From: Polymyxa betae A26-41
Lineage: Eukaryota > Protista > Endomyxa: Phytomyxea
Assembly (NCBI GenBank): GCA_003693705.1
Contig: RBZT01000787.1
Coordinates: 1 to 36,172 of the forward strand
Direction: 5' to 3'
DNA: 36,172 nt
Below are positions 25,722 to 36,172 of this stretch, piece by piece. The notes below the pieces were generated by a model. That model did no database searches. It was not told the origin of the DNA and saw only the letters and a list, made by a program, of their open reading frames with translations. Position numbers and translations under genes: made by a program. How positions within the stretch are numbered: the stretch's first letter is position 1; every line of letters begins with the position of its first letter.

Positions 25722-28382
25722 TTCGTCGGTCGGGTCGCAGATCGGGCCTGGAAGGGGTCGTCTCGGCCCAGCCGGTCCTGGGTCTCTTTGACCGATCTCG
25801 GACTCCGTACATCGCCTCACACGGCCCTTCGCGCGGATTTCCACCCGCTCGCCGAGACCCGGACCTCGATCTCCCAGCGTCGTTGTCCGAGTCACGCCCC
25901 GATCGAGCCCTTGCCTTGTTCCTCTTCGGGACGCCCTTCGATCGGGCGACACACTTCACGGACTCCGAGCTAAATCCTTTTTGATGCCGTACGTCGTCAG
26001 TGCAGAGTGCGGACCAGGCGTCGGATCTCGGCAGGCCGAGGTCGTACTGGCCCCTTCCCTATGTATGTTTGGTCATTAGCGAACCCTAGCGGACACACAG
26101 GTAGGAAATCTTCAAAGGGCGCTGCCCGTCCATGAAATTCGACGCGGATCGCTGACGCCAACTGCCGTTGAATTCGCGATGGAATTTTATGCAGCGATCG
26201 TGTGAGGAACTGACAGAAAGGAAACGTAGCCCTTTCATGAGCAAAGGGCAAATCAATCTCGTAGCGCTCGAACGACATCTTCCTGAGCACATTCGTAATG
26301 TAACTTGAAGACGTGACCAAACAGCATCCGCCAGATAGTAGTCCCATCGCAGCACGTAGCTCATCCAGTAAGGGAAGCGGCTGACCAAATGGTGCCAAGC
26401 AAGAATGCTCAGAGAGCTTGAACGAAAAAAAAACACGAAAACAACATATTCGCAGAATCGGCTGCAGTTCAAAAGCGCTTTAAAAGTTTAAAAGTAAAAT
26501 CGTTTTAAAAAATTTGCGGAACGTCAACTTTGATACTCTGAACAATGTCAATCATAGCAGCTAAGAGAAAGCGACGAAGTTGAGAAAAAACCATCGATAG
26601 AAGATTTCTGACGAGATGAGCTTGATTGTGAGGCTTGATGAAACGAAATGAAGATTCAACATTGTTTGGAAGGCGCCATTATTTGATCATCCTTGAAGCG
26701 ACAGCAGCATCAGCACGGTATCGGCACAACGATCGACAGCGCCAACATAGCGATCGCAACCGTTGAAAGATTCCTACCGAGATCATCGTTTGGAAATGCA
26801 AATTGCGATCAAGAAAGTCTCGGTTATCGTATGTATTAACCATAGGTCAGCTTTCGCCCTTTCTTTTGGTGGCGTCTCCGTTGATGTCATTCTTGGTTCG
26901 AACAATCAGGGAGATTTTGGCCACAAGATCACAGCTGCAGTGTCAAAATCGAAACGTTCACTGTCTGTGAAACCCTAAAATCCTAAGGTGATTTCGGCAC
27001 TTCCAGGGCCATCTTGAATTGTAGCGCTGCTTGATGTTGACATCGTCGGTTCTTCCAGAATGGCCATTGCTTTAGTTGCCGTAATATATCATCAAGCGAT
27101 CATCAGCTTCGAAACGACATTTTGTAGCGATTATTTCTCCCATCTTATTCACGAGTTACGTGATAGATTTGATATAATAACTTGATTCTTCGCTAGTAGA
27201 GTTTGTTAAAGATCAGTCTCGTTCTCACCTGCATCTGACCAAGCATTACCGCTCTGTACGTTTATTGCAGGACTATCGTTACTGCAATCATCCAGTATCT
27301 TCATACTATGAGATTGCTTCAAGGCTTGGAGTGAAAGTTATTCTGCCAATTTTTCATTTCTAACGATGGTTTCAGAGCATGATCGCTATAAGCCGACCCT
27401 GTTTTGAAATCGTTGGTAAAAACACGTTGCTAAAAGTGCACCAACGAAAAACAGGTGTGAAATGCACTCGAGATCCAAGGACAAATCTGTCCTGTAGCTC
27501 GTGATGATGCTGCCACGATCATGTCGACTGTATTAGGCTGAACATCATCCCTGTAGCGATCAGATCGTCTGATTCACCGTTCGACCGCAAACGTTCGATT
27601 CGCTACCGCTGTTCCAACGTTGGCCAATACTTGGTTGATGAGCAAACGTATCCCATTTTCCTGAAGACAATAGGACCGATCGTCAACGGTTCTACGAAGG
27701 AGGCTGATTCGACTCCAATCGCAGCAAATATGGCTACAGATTAGGGAATGGGAGACCGTAACGATGGTATGAACGAAGTTTGTGCAACCGGCGGATGCCT
27801 TACTAATCGATATCCAGACGGAACGACAGCTTCCTACGACAGTTCGGATCGACCAACGATCAATGCCTTCGTTGTTTTACTATGAATTCGTACGTTGCAT
27901 CCACCATCGCTGACCAGATTTCCGACGACGATCCGAAATCGACAGACCGACGAGTTCATCACATCGAAGATGCGGTTGAGCTTTCAACCAACGAGAATCT
28001 CGTCTTGAAGCAACAACTGGAACGCCTACAGCAGTCTGGTTTTCAGCCTGGAAATCGAAAGCAGCATCTTCAGCCTGCTCGAATTCTCGGTCTTCCAATA
28101 ATACAGAACTTCCTGGAAGCTTCGAGCGCGCTCATGATCGCCTTTCGCCTGGAATCCCGCTGCACGACGACACTACTAATACGTAGTCAGATAGCAACCA
28201 GAGCTATTTATAGATCAGTGTTCTGGTAGACGCATGATGGCATGGGGGAGTACGACCCGTCATGGGGTTCGTTCGCACTTCATTTTACAAGATCAATTCC
28301 GACATCGGAGATCCCAATACGCTCGTCGATGGTAACCGGATCGTCGTCGTTCGTCTCTGAATTCATGTTGCTGTCGGTGTAG

Positions 28383-28928
28383 ATGGCGATCGCTGTAATG
28401 GATGACGATGACCCGGTGTTGAATCAGCGATCGACAAGCGATCTGGAACTCGTCGTCGACGGGAAAAGCTTCTGGTGTCACAAGCGCATCATGACGAAGA
28501 GGAGCGATTATATCAATCAGGCGTTGAAGACGTTCGCCGACGACGATCATGTCGTCGTCGAGATCGATATCCCGCAATCGCTTCTTCCGGGGTATGACTC
28601 CCGACCGGCGACCAAACAGCGCTGGTTCGAGATCTATCTTAAGAACGTTTACCGCGTTTGTTGCCCGATCAAGAATCCTATCGATTGTTTAGCTCTTGCT
28701 GGGATCGCGAGCTTGATGGGCTCGAGGTTCCTTGTCGATTTCTGCGACCAGCTGCTCAGCGATCATCCGCCCGAGAATAACGATCTCGCATTCCTGTATG
28801 TGCTGTTGGCGTTCGCTCAGCAGTGTCGAATGCCGAAATATAACGAGACGTTGCAGCGTGAGATCGAGGTGCTTACGACAGGTCGCAGACAAGGCGAGGG
28901 GGTCGTCAGTTTCCTATCTGGATCATGA
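28383..28928 (+). CDS. BTB/POZ domain protein
   Basis: SDLELVVDGKSFWCHKRIMTKRSDY..FEIYLKNVY..LVDFCDQLL matches the BTB pattern. Confidence 0.82.
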   Translation: MAIAVMDDDDPVLNQRSTSDLELVVDGKSFWCHKRIMTKRSDYINQALKTFADDDHVVVEIDIPQSLLPGYDSRPATKQRWFEIYLKNVYRVCCPIKNPIDCLALAGIASLMGSRFLVDFCDQLLSDHPPENNDLAFLYVLLAFAQQCRMPKYNETLQREIEVLTTGRRQGEGVVSFLSGS

Positions 28929-29244
28929 ATGCTGTCGCAAATTCATCGAATTCCCATAAACAGATTTGTTGGACCTGGGATGCATTCTGTATAGGATTCG
29001 AAACGGTAGCGTCTTCACTGATTGAGATCATGCAAAAAGTGACTACATAATTACGAAGAGAATTAGCCGAGTTTGCTACATATGACAAGTTTCAATCGAT
29101 CGGCGAGAGCAGTTCCAGGTTGCTAATTTGAATACAGAAACCAAGGGCATCGCCTAAGGCCTTGACAAAAAAAATAACAAAAAAGTTGCGACTTTTTGCT
29201 TGCACTTCTTTAGCAAGAGTTCTGTTACAAGACGTGCGCGATTA

Positions 29245-29886
29245 ATGTCGTGTAGCGGCGTCTGGGACGCCGACCTCGGCATGGTCCGGCTGGAGGTCAG
29301 CCGAGGTCCACACATTCGATCCATGGGCGTCTCAATCCAGGGACGTCGTTACCTCTACCCAGAAGAAGCCGTCTTCCTTCTGAACCGCCACGCCTTGAAG
29401 CTCCCCGAACACCTCTCCTTCGCCGACTGGATCGATTGTCTCTCCACGGCCCGATCATTAACGACGCCGGCGCTGGCCGCCTACCTCTATCTACGTGATC
29501 GCGGCTTTGTCGTGATTCGCACGCGCCAGTACGACCGCCAGCTCGCCCTGAATCGCCACAAGCAAGCGTTAGCCGAACATTTCCAGCGTGTTCGTGACGG
29601 TATCGCTGGCGGCGCTGATCCGCCGATCGCCCCCGACGATCTTGCTCTGACCGACGCCACCGAGCCTCTCAGATTCTGCTGCTGGCTGCCAGATCAGCGC
29701 GAACGATTCAAGGCGAGTTCGCCGGACCCGCCGCAGTTTACGATCATGGCGATTTCGAGCCAGGATCCCGTCCCAGGTCACATCGAGACACGCCTCGATC
29801 TGATGCCGCTTCGCATGGCCGTACACGACCTCAACCATGTCTCGTTCGTGGAGTTCAAGGACGGCGCCGTACCGACCGCCCTCTAA
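29245..29886 (+). CDS. TSEN54: tRNA-splicing endonuclease subunit Sen54-like, intronless
   Basis: GVWD..RGPHIRSMG..YLYPEEAVFLLNRHAL and YLYLRDRGFVVIR, plus FKASSPDPPQF, as in Sen54 N- and C-terminal motifs. Confidence 0.8.
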   Translation: MSCSGVWDADLGMVRLEVSRGPHIRSMGVSIQGRRYLYPEEAVFLLNRHALKLPEHLSFADWIDCLSTARSLTTPALAAYLYLRDRGFVVIRTRQYDRQLALNRHKQALAEHFQRVRDGIAGGADPPIAPDDLALTDATEPLRFCCWLPDQRERFKASSPDPPQFTIMAISSQDPVPGHIETRLDLMPLRMAVHDLNHVSFVEFKDGAVPTAL

Positions 29887-29903
29887 AGTTATGTATTTTG
29901 GGA

Positions 29904-31299
29904 TCATTTTGCGTTCTTGGCTGCCTGCGCTTTCGCTGCCAGACGCGCCTTCTTCCCAACCTTCGCCCGTGACGACGCCGCCATCTGATGCTTGCTGCCG
30001 TACGACGCTTTCTTCGGGCCGTGCTGGACCATGCGGCCGTCACGCCGGCGCACGATCAGCTGCATGGATTTCTTCGGGCTGCGGGTCTTTCCGCCTTTCG
30101 CCGGTTTGCCCCACGGCGATACCGATGGCCGACCTCCGCTGGTCTTGCCTTCACCACCTCCCATTGGATGATCAACCGGGTTCATGGCCACACCACGAAC
30201 TGTCGGACGACGTCCGAGCCAGCGCTTACGCCCGGCCTTGCCGAGCTTTACGAACTTGTGCTCGCTGTTCGATACGACACCGATCGTCGCCATGCAATCG
30301 AGCAGGAATCGTCGCTCCTCTTTTGATGGCATCTTCAGCACCGCATAATTCGTGTCGGCGCTTTTCTCCATCAGAACGCATGACGACCCGGCCGATCGAA
30401 CGAATTGCGCCCCTGAAATATATTGTAAACATTTGGAATTTTCATACAGATACAAAACGGTGCCACTGAATTACTGAAAATTATCTTAAAAAAGATATTA
30501 ACATTAAACTTTAAACTTTTCGCCATTCTAACGACAAACCTCTTCCGGGCTTCGATTCAATATTGTGAATCTGCGTCCCAAGCGGGATATGTCGCAGGGG
30601 CATGGCGTTGCCTTTGACAATATCCAGGGCGCGCGTTCGCGAAGCCTGCACAGCATCGCCTGGCGCCAAACCATCGGGCGCAATGATGTACGCCAGGCCC
30701 TCCTTCTTCGGCAACGAGTCGTACTTGACAAGAGCGATATGACCGCTCCGGTTCGGGTCGTACTCAAGGCGCTCGACGATGCCTGGCACCTTACATGCAC
30801 GAATCAGAAAAAAAATCGCCAAAAAAATCCACGGATTGTTTTCAAAATTGCATCTTGAGAACACAAGCGATAAAACCAGAAACATCTGCCAAGGTAAGCT
30901 GCAAAAAAATGCAAAATGTTCTGATTCAAAAATGTATTCCTCTAAGATGATAAAAAAGCGAAAGTTTACATCGACGATTCGACGTTTGAAATCGATGATG
31001 CGATAGCGGCGTTTGTGACCGCCACCTCGATGCCGAACGGTGATGCGACCGTAATTATTTCGGCCACCGCTGGATCTCATACCAAACGTGAGATGGGGGA
31101 CGGGACGTCCTGGCCAGAGATGCGACCGATCCGCCAGCACCTATGAAAGGTCAGCCGGCGGGCCCGAGGTCGTCATTCAGCATACCGTTCCGCGCATGCC
31201 GGGCGTGGTCGGCTTCATGACCCGAAGCCGGGTTGCCGACGTCGACAGAAATCGGTGCAGGGCGCTGCCAATGTCGCAAAATGCCGCTTGCAGCATCAT
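29904..31299 (-). CDS. MRPL2: Mitochondrial (bacterial-type) ribosomal protein uL2, multi-exon; start could extend to 31396
   Basis: [80 protein letters not shown]; N-terminal presequence-like [12 protein letters not shown]. Confidence 0.93.
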
Positions 31300-31524
31300 T
31301 TACGACAATGACGAGAGAGAGGGTCACCCCATCACCTCCCCAAACGCACATCTCGCACTGCAGCCTCACATAGCACATGACTATGGGACGTAACATTACA
31401 ACCCTAAATAAACCTCAGCTGAGAGCTCGTGCTGATATTTTAAAGTTTGCTTGAAAGCTTTACACCATACAAAGAAGAGGGTTAAACGTTTCTGAAAAAG
31501 AAAGATAAATTAAAAGACTTTATA

Positions 31525-32503
31525 TCAATGCCATTCGAGCTGTTCAGGTGTGATAGGTTCCTGGAGCGGTATGATGGATTTCTTGTCGACATCTCGTGGC
31601 AACGCCTTCCTCATATCATAGGCGTCCTCATCACCGGCATAATACTCAAGGACTCGCCTATACACCGAATACCCGAACTTTTCATACATGCAGATAGCGA
31701 CTTGATTCGATACGCGCACGAATAAATCCATGAAATATCCATGATATCTAAAAAAGATGACGACGAGGGTGATGGAACCGGGCGGATTACGTCTTATCGG
31801 AGACCTCCTCGAGGAAACGCATGAAAGTCTCAGCAAGACCCATTCGACGATATTCGGGACCAACCGAAAGAGCCGTCACATGACCATGAAGAAGATCAGC
31901 GCTACCTTCCGCCTTTCCAATAACTGCAAAAAATCATTAAGGGAAGTGAAAAATGATGAAGACTGAGATTAAAAAATTATTTCCCTAAGTAAATCCGTTT
32001 GCCAAGGAAACAGCTAAAATTCTAAAACAATCGAAATTGATTTATCGGAAAGTATTTTTTATGAATTTTCATTTGAGGATCATAGTTTTTGTGAAACATC
32101 TTGACAGCGTGATAATTGAAAAAGATATTAAAAGAAATTTGCACAATACTGTAAGAAGCAAAATAAATAGAGAAACTTACTATAGCCCATAGGTCGGCCA
32201 TTGGGCGCCTCTGCGAGCAGCATAAGATCGGGCCATCGTGCCATATATTCCTGATAGAATCGGATATTGTACTGATCAGGACGTCAGGTAATTGTAGAGA
32301 CACGACGCTCGATTACGGTTTCACTGCAATCAGAGGGTTAAAGAGGTTGATGACATTCTTGGAATAAAAGAGACTTACGTCAGGCAATCGGCATTGATCG
32401 GATTAAATCGGAACAGATCCTGGTAGGGCAAATGGTCAGATTGAGACTAAGCAGCATAGGCTGGTGCACCAACGTTCATATAGAAGCGCCGCATGGTAGT
32501 CAT
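31525..32503 (-). CDS. NAA20: N-alpha-acetyltransferase 20 (NatB catalytic subunit), multi-exon
   Basis: MTTMRRF..DLFRFNPIN..LTETYNIRFY..WPD, IGKAEG, HGHVTALSVGPEYRRMGLA, FMDLFVRVSNQVAICMYEKFGYSVYRRVLEYY, EDAYDMRKALPRD. Confidence 0.95.
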
Positions 32504-33589
32504 GATGATGCCGATCAAACACGAACGAGCAATCCAATAGGCAGCGCAGTTTATGAGAAACACGATTCAGCATCTCAACTTTTCCAAAGTTTCAAACACT
32601 TTTCCATGATGGATATTATAAAACTCGGTAATCAGACTGCGCAGTAAAACGCACACACTATTATACAGTACAATCTGTGGAACATAATACCGCAGCGTAT
32701 TGCGTTCGGAAACAAAAGTGCGCGGTTTCGTGTATTTACATTCAGCGAAGTGGCAACAATTCGTTGCCTTCTGCCTGAAGTCAATGAAGGTAGACGTTTG
32801 CAGGCAGCAGATGCTGGCCGTGCAGGAGTTACAAGGATCACACAGGATACCACACCATCATGATTGGATGACCAAATGGACACTAACATCGGTGCACAAT
32901 ATGTAGTTCGCTTTGTTTCCACTACCAGTTTACGCTTTTTTATATTATATTCATGCATGCCGAAACATGATTATATGAATAATCCGTACTTTTCATGTCA
33001 AATCTTCGAAAAGTTGGTTATTTGTCAATAAGCGTCGAGGACGAGAAGGCAACAGATGGTAATAACCGAGCATCAGACCGAAGGTAAATACGGTGATTCC
33101 TGCAAGAACGAGATTTCAGCAGGCTGTGATAACTCAAAGTGAGTCATAGCGATCAGAGCGAGAACGTTAATGCATCCGGGATCATGATCGAGAATCGTCC
33201 AATGATCAAGAGTTTATTAATAAAAGATCGTAAACTTGCTACAAGCAATCAAACGAACTTCGAAAGTGATCTCCGAATGCTCTACACGGTAAGCTACAAG
33301 CTAAACCTGACGGATCCTCAGCCTTGGCATGGAAATTGGCGGAAGGGCGGCCTGGTTCCGCCAGCGGAAGAACAGATTGCGCACTTTATATACAAAAGCA
33401 ATTGAGCAATCCGCACTTTTTTATGCAGTACAATGTAAAATGTACATGAAGTGGGTCCTGCTGACAGAACAGTCATTTTTGGCGTGTATCATACTGTATG
33501 GTTAGTCACTATTGGATCGGCTGCGCTGCGCTGCCACGTGATCTCTCATTTCTTGCGGGCTTCGTCATAGTGAAAGTGTCGCTAGCCAA

Positions 33590-34384
33590 ATGGAAGGAAA
33601 AATATTCAACCCAGAAACCCTGCTCGAGATTACTCGAAAGCTGGAGGCAGCATCCGGCAAACCAGTTTTCACCCCTGAGCAACTCAATAAAGTCCTAGCA
33701 GACTTAGCTTCATTAGGGCGTCCGCCTACACCGGACTCAGATTGTGATCTTGGTGAAGCAGCGCTCCTGGTTCCAGGCCTTCCCTATTCGGAATATGTTG
33801 ATCTGCTAGATGCCGATTCGACCTGGGGTGACATGTATGCGAATTGCATCGCTTACGGTTTCCGGCCGCGTTTCATTCAAGAATTTGGATATGCAATATT
33901 CACTGCCGAAGTTGTCGACTCCCTTGTCTCGCTGTTAACGAGCAAGAAAGTATTGGAAGCCGGCTGTGGAACGGGATGGCTTGCTGCAGAATTGACGAAG
34001 CGAGGCGTCGATATTGTCGCTGCCGATCATATCGATTACCGCAAGCCTCCTGCTGATCATCAACAATATAACTTCCGTCGTGTCTATCAGCTGGACTATC
34101 ATGGAGATGCTGTAAAACTGCTTCCCGGCGAATTTGACGTCGTTTTAATCATCTGGCCGAATCTCGATGACAGTTTTGCTGCCGATGTTGCGAAGGCTAT
34201 GCGCCCTGGCCAGATGATGATATATGAAGGTGAAGGACCATATGGTGCCACAGCTGACGATGTATTTTTCGAAATTCTTGAGAGTGAATTCGAGTGTCTT
34301 AAATCTGAAACTGATGCTTTGAATGACAATCACCGCGTATTCAGCAGCTTGCATGATTATTGGCAAGTGGTAATCAAGAAATAA
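33590..34384 (+). CDS. Class I SAM-dependent methyltransferase, intronless
   Basis: Motif I VLEAGCGTGWLA, acidic end of beta2 DIVAAD, FDVVLIIWP, MIYEGEGPYGATADDVFF. Confidence 0.85.
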   Translation: MEGKIFNPETLLEITRKLEAASGKPVFTPEQLNKVLADLASLGRPPTPDSDCDLGEAALLVPGLPYSEYVDLLDADSTWGDMYANCIAYGFRPRFIQEFGYAIFTAEVVDSLVSLLTSKKVLEAGCGTGWLAAELTKRGVDIVAADHIDYRKPPADHQQYNFRRVYQLDYHGDAVKLLPGEFDVVLIIWPNLDDSFAADVAKAMRPGQMMIYEGEGPYGATADDVFFEILESEFECLKSETDALNDNHRVFSSLHDYWQVVIKK

Positions 34385-35842
34385 TTTTTTGCTGATGAAT
34401 GAATCTACATTGACGAGTTATGATATTCCTAATGAAGAGATTTGTTTCACGATAACCTGACTCCCCAGTTTGATGGAGCAAATTCTCGGTTGCATCAACT
34501 AAAAGATAGAATCCCTTCAATATATTTTTATAATAATGCAGATCGCATAATCTCATAAATTGCCAAAGAAATGATGACTTTCTGCGGGCATTAAAGAAGC
34601 TCCTTCATAGCTCTCCCATCATATTCGGAGATATTTTGCAGGTAATGACAGTGATGCTACAATGCACTTCGCCAGATCAAAGTACCAGACACTAACAGCG
34701 ATATCTCAATGACCTTGCAAAGTACCATGATAAGAAATGTGCTGCCTCTATTCTACACAGCTTTGATAATATTCATCTGGTTTGATGAAATTTCATACCC
34801 GTCGTTACTATTAATCTGAGGACTTTGCGGTTTCATTAAAGATATTTGAGTAAACATGTCGAACCCGAAGCTTAGACCAAGTATGGTGTCGGTTAAGTAG
34901 TCGAACTCCAAAGCCATACAGATCATCTTATTTCATATGATCAGAACCGATATCAAATACATTGTAAGAGATCAGCCATGCGGAAGACCTGCAGGAATTC
35001 ACTAATACTCGCTTTTGCAGTTACTGATCAACGCTTTGAAAAACATTGCTGCCTTGAAGCCCTTAAAGTTGGACATAACCTCATGTTCTTGCAGATGGAG
35101 TGACGAGTGATGGATATAAAGTCACCTGGGACCAACGTGGCCCCAGTCCTGAAAACAGAGGAATGATGGCTGTCTGCAAGCCAGATTCTATCACGTTCTA
35201 TGATCCAAGGCGTTAGTAAGGACTGAAGGTACTATATCTACAATATCACATCGAATTCATTGAGCAGGAAATCAGCAGGTGAGGCTAATGACACTCATGA
35301 GGCGCGACCCTCCCCCATCATTATCCAACTTTATTTATCTCTAATGAGATGCAATTGATACGTCTCTAACCACATCCGCTAGTCTGGCCCTGTAGATTCA
35401 GCTAAAAGTTTAATCCTTCCGACAGGTTCCTTTACGAACAACATGAAGTCGTGCTAGTTTGGTACTCAGGGAGGAATGCTGGATGTTAGCAGTATGAAAG
35501 TATCCAACTACAATTGCCTGCAGTATATCTGGCTGAACGGTTAGCAAGAGCGAGACCTAGTTGATCCCTGATCGAGATTATGGTAGAGGTTGAGCTTGCT
35601 CTCACTGACCAATTCTGATCTTATCATAGAAATCGACCAAAGGAGCATCTGTGATAGAGATATTTCGTCTGCAGCAGGGATCCGAGTACACAGCTGACCA
35701 GTTGAACCTTTATGTAGAAATATCAGTGATATTTCAGATTAAGCATTGTATCTGGTACACTTTGGTACCTTAAAATACACGAAGGATCCACGATTCAAAC
35801 CTCATAATCCAGTTTCTTTTCCTTTATAGGCATTCAATCAAA

Positions 35843-36172
35843 ATGGACGTCCAATGGAACATAACCAGCATTGATAACACAACCGATTCTGGTGAATCTC
35901 ATGAAGTGGCATTACCTCCCGAAACCGCTCTTCAGCTACAAAGCTCATTACAGGCTATTATGATTGCAACCATACTTATTGGTATTACATCAATGATCTA
36001 TCTGCATAGTAATCGTCGTGTTCGTAAACGTATTTATGGTCCATTAGCATCTGGTACAAGTAATCTGATGATGTTTATGGTTGGTATTGGACTTGTCATT
36101 GTTGCTCTGTTTCAATTCTCTGCTATCACATTCCATGACGTACCATGTTTTATACATAGTCTACATGTCTTA
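35843..36172 (+). CDS. 5' part of a multi-pass (GPCR-like) membrane protein, truncated by window end
   Basis: Not in the ORF track because there is no stop before the end. MDVQWNITSIDNTTDS (two N-glycosylation sequons), TM1 AIMIATILIGITSMIYL, basic loop RRVRKR, TM2 LMMFMVGIGLVIVALFQF. Confidence 0.55.
   Translation, partial: MDVQWNITSIDNTTDSGESHEVALPPETALQLQSSLQAIMIATILIGITSMIYLHSNRRVRKRIYGPLASGTSNLMMFMVGIGLVIVALFQFSAITFHDVPCFIHSLHVL

Noticed and set aside
24352-25984. Many overlapping Arg/Pro-rich ORFs, and the 77-aa extension upstream of ATG 25721
   Set aside because: Expected alternative-frame ORFs in GC-rich coding DNA; the signal peptide marks the likely start.
27882-28229. 115-aa plus-strand ORF with a short coiled-coil-like stretch
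   Set aside because: No recognisable family and no convincing exon structure; cannot be supported as a gene.
20098-29886. Functional link between tRNA-Leu and nearby TSEN54
   Set aside because: The tRNA has no intron and the genes are 9 kb apart; most likely coincidence.

Overview
Gene-dense eukaryotic nuclear DNA with many short spliceosomal introns, mostly about 45-65 nt, so the ORF track fragments most genes. Compact genes, short introns and (TTTTAGGG)-type repeats suggest a protist, plausibly a plasmodiophorid (Phytomyxea; inference only). Hand-spliced genes in order: orphan with an N-terminal SAP/HeH-like motif; DUSP+Tudor-like ubiquitin-specific protease; G/A/S-rich putative secreted protein with a TGA in its apparent signal peptide; phosphoserine aminotransferase; a non-RD AGC-like kinase running into an N gap; RNFT-like TM-RING ligase; MORN-repeat+RING protein; aftiphilin-like protein; NIPA Mg transporter; tRNA-Leu(TAG); SDHA; an orphan secreted protein flanked by apparently decayed paralogs; BTB protein; TSEN54; mitochondrial L2; NAA20 (with a 7-nt microexon); an intronless prokaryote-like SAM methyltransferase; and the 5' end of a GPCR-like membrane protein. 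Mobile DNA comprises a TA-flanked MITE and a Tc1/mariner-like transposase remnant. The most notable signals are sense-strand telomere-like repeats inside short introns, the secreted-protein birth-and-death cluster, three GC-AG introns and the possibly horizontally acquired methyltransferase. All exon models were built by eye and are not transcript-verified.
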